This document shows positions 38,290 through 48,289 of a stretch of DNA of 64,000 nt, piece after piece. The notes under the pieces were generated by a model. The model saw nothing but the letters and a program-made list of their open reading frames with translations, searched no databases and had not been told where the DNA came from. Within the stretch, counting starts at the first letter, position 1, and each line of letters starts with the position of its first letter. This DNA comes from Azolla caroliniana (Eukaryota; Plantae; Polypodiophyta): contig JBHGNT010000008.1 in the NCBI GenBank assembly GCA_043228905.1, forward strand, positions 10,974,001-11,038,000, given 5' to 3'. The position numbers and the translations under genes were made by a program.

Positions 38290-39417
38290 TTATTCGTTTA
38301 ACACATCCTCTAGTTGGCTCAAGACATCAAATCTATTCTCATGGCATGGGCTATTAGGCTTAGTACTTAAGTTATTAGAAGTGATAGTAGAACTTGATGT
38401 AGGGTTGTCATGTGCACTTACTTGGTAAACTTGACGCCTGGGTTTATGTGGACAATTCACAGCTATATGTCCTGGACCACCACAGTAGAGGCATAGGCGA
38501 TGCGCCCGACGTCGTTGTTTCTCAGCATCTGATAAGGGCCCTCGACGTTGTGTCGACTCTATTTCCATCGGAGTGGGACCATCCCTCGTAACGGGTCTAG
38601 AACCTTGTGGCGGTGTGGCGACTATAGAAGCGTATGTCTGTTCCGGTTGGCGGCGTAACATTTGTTGACGTTCAGAACGTCGCTCAAATAGGCGATTATC
38701 ACATCGCACAGCTCGGCTAATAGCTTCAGTAAGAGACTTTGGATCTTCATGGAAAGTAAGAAGAAGATCTTTGACATCGTTACGCAAACCCTGACAGAAT
38801 TGATCCATTAAGGCTGCCTCATCCCAAGGGATGTCGCATGCCAAGAGACGGAAATCTGCGGCATAAGCTGAAGTGGGACGATCTCCTTGTCGGAGTCTTC
38901 GAATCTTGTTTATTGCAGTCCTAGTGCTATCCGTATCTCCAAAACTAGCTTGAAACTCCTTAACGAATGCCTCGAAATCCTCCAGTAATGGTGATTTCTT
39001 CTCAAGAAGTGGTGCAAACCATGCTAACGCTGTACCGCTTAGCAAGGTTCCTATTAATCCCACACGGGCAGCATCAGTTGGATACCGATTGGGATGTAAC
39101 TGAATCACCAAACGAACTTGATTCAGGAAACCTCGAAAGAGAGATCTGGTACCATCAAACTTGGCAGGGAGGCTAATCTTTGGTTCCCTTGGGGAGTTTT
39201 GAACCCCCGCCGCTTGTTCTCGTAATGTTAATATAGTAGCCTCAAGTTGATGAACCCGTTGTGATAACTCCTCATATTGATGAGCTTTCTCAGTACTGAC
39301 TTGTTGAAGATCCCCGAGTAGCCTTTGATTTTCTTGCTCTAATGCCACAAACTTAGTGGTGAGCATATCGAGCTCCGAAAGGACACGCATATACTCTTGC
39401 TTGCTGACCGACTCCAT
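38290..39417 (-). CDS. Gag of element D (coiled-coil, capsid, CCHC knuckle)
   Basis: EPKISLPAKFDG, LRQG, CLYCGGPGHIAVNC; intact 375 aa. Confidence 0.92.
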   Translation of the reverse strand: MESVSKQEYMRVLSELDMLTTKFVALEQENQRLLGDLQQVSTEKAHQYEELSQRVHQLEATILTLREQAAGVQNSPREPKISLPAKFDGTRSLFRGFLNQVRLVIQLHPNRYPTDAARVGLIGTLLSGTALAWFAPLLEKKSPLLEDFEAFVKEFQASFGDTDSTRTAINKIRRLRQGDRPTSAYAADFRLLACDIPWDEAALMDQFCQGLRNDVKDLLLTFHEDPKSLTEAISRAVRCDNRLFERRSERQQMLRRQPEQTYASIVATPPQGSRPVTRDGPTPMEIESTQRRGPLSDAEKQRRRAHRLCLYCGGPGHIAVNCPHKPRRQVYQVSAHDNPTSSSTITSNNLSTKPNSPCHENRFDVLSQLEDVLNE

Positions 39418-41451
39418 AACCGCGGGGGAAAAAGAAAGAAGGATAAAGAAGAAAGCTTGCTAGGGTTATTGGAGAAAGGGAAAAGAAATATCTAGAATGT
39501 TCTAAATATCTCGTAATAACTAAACATATAATTATTATGATTACATCTCACATATGTTATTACAATGGTTAAAGTACAATATGTAAACCAAGAGGTTATG
39601 GGTTCGATTCCTGGTTCGCCAAGATGAATGTCATGATAAGCCAAGATGTATGTCTTCATGACAACAGCTCGACTAATGGCTTCTGTAAGTGACTTCGGAT
39701 CTTCAGGGAAAGTAAGAAGAAGATCTTTGACATCATTTCTCAAACCTTGACGGAATTGATCCATTAAAGCTGCCTCATCCCAAGGGATATCGCATGCCAA
39801 GAGACGGAAATCGGCTGCATAAGATGACGCGGGACGATCTCCTTGTCGGAGCCTTCGAATCTTGTTTATCGCTGTCCTAGTGCTGTCGGTGTCTCCGAAA
39901 CTAGCTTGAAACTCTTTAACAAAGGCCTCGAAATCCTCCAGCAATGGTGATTTCTTCTCGAGAAGTGGTGCGAACCATGCTAACGCCGTACCGCATAGCA
40001 AAGTTCCCACTAATCCCACACGAGCAGCATCAGTTGGATACCGATTGGGATGTAGTTGAATAACTAAACGAACTTGATTCAAAAAGCCTCGAAATAAAGA
40101 CCTCGTACCATCAAACTTGGCAGGGAGGCTGATCTTTGGCTCTCTAGGGGAGTTCTGAGCCCCCGACGCTTGCTCTCGTAATGACAATATAGTCGCCTCA
40201 AGTTGATGAACCCGCTGTGATAACTCTTCATATTGTTGAGCTTTTTCGGCGCTCACGTGTTGTAGATCTCCAAGTAGCCTTTGATTCTCATGCTCTAATG
40301 CCACAAATTTATTCGTGAGCATGTCGAGCTCAGAAAGAACACGCATGTATTCTTGTTTGCTCACGGACTCCATAGCTTATGAGGGGAGAGGAGAAGGAAG
40401 AAGAGAACTTGTTAGGGTTTGTGGAAGACGAAGAGATGAAAGGAAAAAAAAATTGGTTCAAACTGTCAAGACTGAGAGAGAGAAAGAGAGAGAAAAAGAG
40501 ATAGAGAGATAATTGAAAGAGAATTATTATATTGAAGCGTAAAATGGATTACAAAGAGTAGGCTACAAAATGGCGTTGAACCAATTTAGGTTTGGGATGG
40601 GTGGTAGATCCCTATTTATAAGTAATAGAGAAGTCTCTAGAATATTCTAGGTTATCCTAGAATATAGAGTAATCTAGAAGATCTCTAGAGTATTCTAGAA
40701 GGTTCTAGTGGTATAGAACACTCTAGAATATTCTAGGTCATTCTAGAATGTAGAGTAATATAGAATATTCCTATGATATTAGATTTCATATTCTAGAGAC
40801 TATACATATAAGAATATTAATACAATGGTTAAGGATTTGACATGTGTACAACAGGGTCGTGGGTTCAAATTCTTTCGAGTCATAATGTGAGTGTCATGAT
40901 CCTTTCGATGCATAATGTGACTGTTATCATGACAGCAAGTACTAGGACGCGGACTCGTCAAACACAACGTCGCGGCTCACGCACGCTTGTTTGGTGCGAG
41001 GGTTATAACACTTATAACCCTTCTGCTCGTCCGAGTAACCGACCAAGATACATTTCTCGGCCTTTGCATCCAACTTTCTCTGTTTCTCCTTCGGCACATG
41101 CACATACGCAATGGTACCGAAAACTCGTAAGTGTCGCAAGTTCGGCTTTGTTCCAAAATATAGCTCGTGCGTCGACGCTTTCTCCCCGATCTGGTTCTGG
41201 ATGTATACCGCGGTCCTTACCGCCTTGACCTAGTAGATCTTGGGCAAGTTCTTCTCCTCTAGCATTGCCTGTGCCGCTTCCACAACCGACCGATTTTTCC
41301 TCTCGGCCACACTGTTTTGCTCCTGCGTGTATCTACAACTGAATTCGCGCCGAATTCCCATCTGTTGTAGATAACCGCTGAATTGACCGGAAAAGTATTC
41401 TTTTCCGCCATCTGATCGTAGGCACTTGATCTTTCTTCCTGTTTCCGTTTC

Positions 41452-41628
41452 TGTTGTATGTTTTAGGGTTAGGGTTAGGGTTAAGGACGATGATGATTAT
41501 CAATGACAAAGATAGACATGGCGTAATAGCGAAGATAATGGAGAGTATGTTGGTAAGAGAGATTGGCACGAAGATGTTGAGAATCGTTGTGGGGTTCAAC
41601 GTTGAGGGAGAGAGATAGGAAGAGAGAT

Positions 41629-41670
<42 letters not shown>

Positions 41671-41935
41671 TTATTCATTCATTCATTCCCCATAAGGGGG
41701 TTAAATAGTACAAGAGGGGGTAGATACATAGGGGTGTAAGCCCCCTCGAGCATTCATACTGGACACTCACTCACACCTCCTCGTATCTATCCACATGCAA
41801 ACACGTGTGCATGTGTTCACATACGTATAGACTCACAATTACATTTATGTCCCCTACACATACACAACAACATCATGATAACATTCGACCCTCACTCATC
41901 ACACTGACTCTCCGTACATCTCGTACGGGGTAACA
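41452..41935. mobile_element. Solo LTR (484 bp) in the integrase of E; TSD GTTTC
   Basis: TGTT...AACA ends. GTTTC at 41447-51 and 41936-40. Contains (TTAGGG)3 and (GA)n. Confidence 0.88.
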
Positions 41936-43259
41936 GTTTCCGTGAACCCTTTGAGGTTCCAGAAACAGTTGAAGACTTCGCTCTTCCTCTCAATGTGGTA
42001 GATCCACGTGTGTTGCGTGTAGTCGTCGATGAATTAGACGAAATATCGTCTCCCCCCAAGACTAACGTTTTGTGCCGGCCCCCACACATCGGAGTGTATC
42101 ATGTCGAGCTTGTTCCGGCTCTGGTTATGCTCGTTGGGGAAGGGAAGTCGGTGTTGCTTCCCAAGCTGGCAAGCTTCACAAATTTGTGCCTTCCAGCCAC
42201 TAAATTTGGGCAATCCGAACACCACCTGTTTCAATTGCATGGCGTATCTGCTTGTGCCATAAGTCGATGTCCGACTCGACTTTTTGTCCCTTCGCGAACA
42301 TTGTGGTGCCACCGTCAATAGAGTCAAGGATGAACATCCTTCCATCTCTGCGCCCTTGCGCAATAACACGGCCATCTTCCTCAATGAAGCACCCTAGGTG
42401 TGTAAACTGGACCTGCATCCCTTGGTCGACGATCTGTCCGACCGACACCAAGTTCTTCGTGATTGTCAGAACGTGTAGCACGTTCATGAGTTTCTCTTTC
42501 TGCCCGACATTGCTCAGGGGAACTTCTCCGACATTTGTGATCGGATGCGGAGTGTCGTCTCCGATTGCGACTACTCCCGGTTGCATCGGTTTTTCTAGGT
42601 ACGAGAACCACTCCTTATGGCTCGTCATGTGATTTGACGCGCCGGAGTCGACATACCACACCTCGTCTAATTTCGGGGTGGTCTACTTCATTGAGTTTGC
42701 TTTGTGTCTCGTCACGAAAGCAGACCCTTTTTCGGCTTTTGCGGATCCTTCAGTGTAGTGCGATCGATGTCGGTTTCCTTTGTCGGTATGTCCGAAACCA
42801 GATCCGGAACCGGTCCTCTCTGACTCGGCGCGCTTTTTCCAGCACTCGCTCTCCTTGTGGCCTTTCTTGCCACAATAGCAACATTCCGTGGCGGGTTTCC
42901 CTTGATGGTTCTCATCGCCTCGACTCCCCCTATTTCCGGAGGGTCCGGAATTGTTGTCGACAGCACTTCGGTGCCTTCTTCCTTGATCTCGTCGGCCGCC
43001 TCCATTGCGCACCGACTCGCCTCGTCCTCCAGGTCCACGGGGCCTATCTTCCTCAGTGTACAACATCTTGTTGTCAGTGTGCGTGCTCGTTGACCCACCC
43101 GCGTGGTTGTCCTCTACTAGGAGCATCGATTGTAAGTCGAAAAAGGACGGCGTATTCTCCCGAGTACACACAACAGTTTGGAACGCCCCGAACTTCGACG
43201 CCAAACCCTCGAGAGAGACCTGGACCATCTCTCTTTCCTCGATGTTCACATCGATGGAA

Positions 43260-43829
43260 GCTAAGGAGTCGCATATGTCCTTGATCTTCGAGGTATAGTC
43301 AGCCACCGACAAATTTCGTTGTCGTAGGTTGCTCAACTCCTGTTGGAGCTGAAGCTTCCTGGATGTGGTGCTCGCAGCGAAGATCTTCTTACGATTTTCC
43401 GACACACCCTTCGGCGTTTTTGCATCCCGAATGTAGCTTAATAGTTGTTCGCCCACACAAGACGCGAAACAGTACAACATTTTGCTCGCCGATTGTGCCC
43501 ACACCGGGAAATCTTTGTGTGTCGATTCGGGTGCTGTGTCATTTGCTAAGGAGTCGCATATGTCCTTGATCTTCGAGGTATAGTCAGCCACCGACAAATT
43601 TCGTTGTCGTAGGTTGCTCAACTCCTGTTGGAGCTGAAGCTTCCTGGATGTGGTGCTCGCAGCGAAGATCTTCTTACGATTTTCCGACACACCCTTCGGC
43701 GTTTTTGCATCCCGAATGTAGCTTAATAGTTGTTCGCCCACACAAGACGCGAAACAGTACAACATTTTGCTCGCCGATTGTGCCCACACCGGGAAATCTT
43801 TGTGTGTCGATTCGGGTGCTGTGTCATTT
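43260..43829 (-). repeat. Exact-looking 285-bp in-frame tandem duplication in gag of E
   Basis: 95-aa block NDTAPESTHKDF...IKDICDSLA occurs twice; GCT microhomology at the junction. Confidence 0.93.
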
Positions 43830-46800
43830 GCTCCGTCGACATAGCTCCAGTAACCGTGCCCAAGTAGGTACTGGTGCATCTTGTAGGACCAAGATGCGTA
43901 GTTGGTTCTATCGAGCTTCTCCGTCAGAAGCGAGCTAGGCATGCCTCTATCCATCGGTTTTACCGGTTCTTCTCGGTTGGTTTTTCTTTTCAAGCTATGT
44001 CGGTTGCAGAGGTTCTCAACCCTCACGTTCTGATACCATGTGAAAGATTATGTGCGGAAGCAATAGAAAAAACGAACACAGAGAAAATACCCAGGTTTAA
44101 TGGAGAGCTTGAATATACACAGTACACGGGAGAGACAGAGAGAGAACACACAAAACTAAATTAAAAAATAATACTCAATCTGTACATACATTGTGCTCAG
44201 TGAGCACCTTTTATACAAGCCCTGACAATCGGGCTGACACAAGTACTAACAGTACTTGATTGCTCATAAATGAGCCTTAACACTCACTCCCAAAATTATT
44301 CCTTTACGAGGAATATCTCTCTAACGGCCTTTCGGTTTACGCACCGATATGGCCTCTCGTTACGCATCCGTTTTACGCACCGGTCCGACCTAACCGATCG
44401 GTCCCAACCGATCCGGTCCTCGGCTTGCTAAGCCGATCCGGTTGATGTTGAGCTTGTCTCTCAACATTCTGTCAGTCCTCTCAAGACTTGTATAAATAGT
44501 GTTGTTGAGCACATTTCATGTACAGAGAACTATTATTGTTTTGTAATAGATTCTTGTTATGCTCTCTCTGTCTCTCCCGAGTACTCTTTGTATTCTGTGT
44601 ACTATTCTCTCTCTCTCTCTCTGCTCCTACACAGCCAAGTTGTTGTCTTACGCTTCCGCACATATGTTTTTCTACATGGTATCAGAGTGTGAGGGTTGAA
44701 CACCTCTGCAGCTAACATTTGCTTTCGCAAGACAAACCCTACACGTTGTGAGAACAGAACAGTAGACAGAAAAAAAATATGGACAGAGGTATGGCGAGTT
44801 CACTTCATACGGAGAAGCTCTATTGGAGCAACTATGCATCCTGGTCATACAAAATGCACCAGTACCTACTGGGGCATGGGTATTGGACTTTCGTGGAAGG
44901 AACGAATGACGAATGAGGTAGCACCAGAGCCTGGACACAAGGACTTCCCGGTATGGGAGCAAGGAGCGAGCCGAGTATTATACTGCCTCACGTCCTGTGT
45001 GCATGACCAGATGCTCGGCTACATCAGGGATGCAAAGACGCTGAAGGAGGCCTGAGAAACTTTGCGTAAGATTTTCGCCGCAAGTACCACAACCCGTAAG
45101 TTGCAGATACGGCAAGAGCTAAACAACATCTGACAAAAAGATATGTCAATTATAGACTACACCACCAAAATAAAGGAGATTTGCGATGCGCTGGGTCCAT
45201 CAACGTGACGGTGGACGAAGACGAAATGGTACAAATCTGCCTTGGTCGTCTAGCGCAAAGGTACGAGCCAATCCGAATAGCGATCTGCACCCGGGAGAAA
45301 CCACCGAACTTCTTTGACTTGCAATTGATGCTAATGGTCGAAGAAAACCACGTGAGTGGGTCCAGGACCACTCAATCGGACAACCGAATGCTGTACACGG
45401 AGGCGGATAGGCCCCGTGGGCGTGGGGGACGAGGTGGGTCGGCACACACTGGAGGCGGCCGGCAAGAGCAGGAAAGAAGGCCCAGAGAACGTGCCGACAA
45501 CAGTTCCGGGACTTCCACAAGCAGGGGGAGTCAAGGCGGCGCCGAAGGTCGGAAAGACAAATCCGCCACGGAATGTTGGTATTGTGGTGAAAAGGGCCAC
45601 AGAGAAAGCGAGTGCTAGAAGAAGCGTGCCAATTCTGATAGATCTGGATCCGACAAAACCGGTCGGGAGAACCGGCAAAACTCGCACTACACACAAGGAT
45701 CGGAAGGATCCAGAACCGGGAAGACTGGTAAGGGGCCAACCTTGGTGATGAAGCACGAGGCAAATTCGATGAAGAAGACCACTTCCAAATCGGAGGAAGT
45801 ATGGTATGTTGATTCCAGTGCGTCGAATCACATGACGAGCCACAAAGAGTGGTTCTCCTTCTTGGAGAAACCGGAACAACCAGGGGTCGTCGAAATCGGA
45901 GACGACACTCCTCACCCAATCGTGCATGTCGGAGAAGTCCCTTTGAACCACGTCGGATAGAGGGGGAAGCTGATGAATGTATTACACATTCCGACCATCA
46001 TGAAGAACCTGGTGTCGGTTGGATAGATAGTCAACCAAGGGATGCATGTGCGGTTTACGCACCTCGGGTGCTTCATCGAGGAAGAGGGCCAGATTATTGC
46101 GCAAGGGCGCAGAGACGGGATGATGTTCATCCTCGACACCAATGACGTCGGCACCACATTATTCGCCAAAGGACAGAAGATTGAATCGGATATTGATCTT
46201 TGGCACAAGCAGATCGGCCATGTCAATTACCAGAGGCTTCAAGTCCTACAAACGAAACAAGATGTTTTCGGTTTGCCGAAGTTCAGTGGCCGGAAGGCCC
46301 AAATATGTGAAGCCTGCCAACTCGGGAAGCAACACCGGCTTCCATTCCCTACCGAACGAAACCGTAGCCGTAACAAGGTCGACCTTATTCATTCAGATGT
46401 ATGGGGACCGGCACAAAACGTGAGCTTTGGCGGAGTCGGTATTTCGTCTCCTTCATTGACGACTACAACCGGCATACATGGATCTACCTCATTGAGCGGA
46501 AGAGCGAAGTCTTCGAGTGTTTCCGGAACCTGCAAAGACTGCTTGAACGGGAAACGGAGAGGAAGATCAAGTGCCTGCGGTCGGATGGTAGAAAAGAATA
46601 TTTTTCCGGCCAATTCAACAGTTATCTGCAGCAAAAAGGAATTCGGAGAGAGTTCAGCTGCAGATACACATCGGAGCAAAACAGTGTGGCCGATAGGAAG
46701 AACCGGTCGATTGTTGATGCGGCAAGGGCAATGCTGGAAGAGAAGAGCATGCCCCATTTCTACTAGGCGGAGGCGGTCCGGACGGCCATCCACATTCAGA

Positions 46801-47288
46801 ACTGGATCAGTGACAAGGTGTTCAGATAGACAGCTCATGCACAGACACATTGTCACTGATCCGGTTCTCTGTACATGAAATAGTAATAGTTCTCTGTACA
46901 TGAAACGTGCTCAACAACACTATTTATACAAGTCCTGAGAGGACTGACAGAAGTACCGCGTACTTCAATGCTCACTCGAGCGTTTGGCACTGACTACGAG
47001 ACTATTAACTCCCTAGTAGTCTAGCTGCTACTAGGCTTCTGGTTACTGATGAATCCGGCTAACTGGCTCCCCAACTCACCGGCTCACTTGCTCACCAGGT
47101 CACCGATCCAGCTCATCCTTCCGGATGCCGATCCGGATCCGGTTGAACTTGACGCTCAACAATAACTTATATACACATATGTATATTATCGCATATATAC
47201 GATAAAAAACGTATACACGTGACCACATATGCGTATATTAAACAAGTCGTTACATCAAATAACCATAAATGATATAATCGAGATATGT

Positions 47289-47548
47289 AATCGAGGCATA
47301 TACCTCTACGCAAACGAAACATCCAAAAATAAGGGTTCATCATAGTACGCAATTGAGGTATTGACCTCTTACGCATACGAGACCAAACACATATCATTTA
47401 CAACGAAATCGAGGTATTGACCTCATACACATACGCAACATATGTATGTGAGTGTAATACGCAATTGAGATATTAACCTCTTACGCATACGACACTAATC
47501 ACATATTCAATATATGTCAAATGAGGTATTGACCTCATACACATATGT
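47289..47548. repeat. Five hairpin-containing repeats (~56-bp period) in the 5' leader of element A
   Basis: GAGGTATTGACCTC core in units starting 47289, 47351, 47407, 47463 and 47519. Confidence 0.85.
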
Positions 47549-48289
47549 AAACGTTTTATACAACCAATTAATTACCACTACAACATCATTAGATTAATGA
47601 AAACAATTACATATAGACTATACACATGATTAGATGGGAGAAGAAAAAATAGAAAAAAAAAATAAAATAAGGAAAGAGTTACCGAAGTTCCTTTGTTGAT
47701 CATTGTCTGGATCAAGGCCGACCGCACATCGATCGATCGCCATCAATAAACAAGACAAAAGACAACAAAAGAAACATTAGAACATAGGCTTTGAAACCAA
47801 CTTTTAGAGAAGGAGAAAGAGAAAGAAGGGTGCAGATCCACCCAACCACCCCCGAGTGAAGGGATCGAGACAGACTCGAGCCTCGATCAATGTCCCATAC
47901 CACCGTTGTGGCGTCAAGTCATACTTGGTGCTGGCGCGCTCGCTTCAAGACTTGATCCACCACGAAACAGAGTCTCGATGTAGTCAACCAAATGCTGAAA
48001 TGAGGGTAGCTAGGCCTCTTATTAATATCGATACCCAAGGCCCCCAAGCAAATTCACACTTGGCCTAATGGGTTGTCTCAAGCCCGAGGATTAAAAGTAA
48101 TCCTCCCCTTCTTTACACTTTTGTTTAACCCTCACACTTATCCATGTGTATAGAATACTACGGTAAATTCTCACCATGAGATATTATATGGTCATGCCCG
48201 TAACACACATGACATTGAATGTGAATTCAGTAATGCATTGCATCAGTTGCCACATTCGTTGATAAAGATGGTTTCTCTCAATTGCACGT

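Larger units (their letters stand above)
33918..39663 (-). mobile_element. Element D: Tcn1-like chromovirus inserted in gag of C; 3' LTR 33918-34672, 5' LTR truncated 39490-39663; TSD ACAGC
   Basis: ACAGC at 33913-17 and 39664-68. C gag rejoins as AISRA|VRCDNR. PPT at 34673-34686. Confidence 0.92.
29486..40934 (-). mobile_element. Element C: Tcn1-like chromovirus; 5' LTR 40464-40934, 3' LTR truncated to 29486-29582; TSD GCAAG
   Basis: GCAAG at 29481-85 and 40935-39. Gag split by D, pol split by the MITE. Group-I-type chromodomain YLVDWLGYTPNDRTWEP. Confidence 0.92.
26513..44466 (-). mobile_element. Element E: Ty1/copia; LTRs 26513-26963 and 44039-44466; TSD TTCTG
   Basis: TTCTG at 26508-12 and 44467-71. 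iMet PBS at 44029-38. gag 42683-43952 (CCYCGKKGHKESEC), WYVDSGASNHM protease, GAG-pre-integrase, INT, RT (LYVDD), RNaseH (ADIFTK). Confidence 0.92.
24967..47161 (-). mobile_element. Element F: Ty1/copia with an internal inversion; TSD ATAAC
   Basis: ATAAC at 24962-66 and 47162-66. LTR pieces 24967-25380 and 46865-47161 (minus). RT on minus 25425-26480. LTR-U5/PBS(TGGTATCAGA)/gag/PR/INT on PLUS at 44467-46830. Confidence 0.85.
15462..48205 (-). mobile_element. Element A: decayed Ty3/gypsy chromovirus (Reina/Tekay-like) carrying nested inserts; LTRs 15462-15917 and 47802-48205; TSD CACAT
   Basis: Paired LTRs. CACAT at 15457-15461 and 48206-48210. PPT next to 15918, degenerate tRNA-iMet PBS at 47787-47799. 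gag 23298-23948, CCHC and protease 22222-23103, RT ~21469-22200, RNaseH 17497-17890, integrase plus chromodomain (IKWMDKSIKDATWE) 15920-17200. Confidence 0.9.

Noticed and set aside
47289-47548. CRISPR array (palindromic repeats with spacers)
   Set aside because: Alternate spacers are related to each other and the repeats are degenerate; it is a tandem repeat in a retrotransposon leader.
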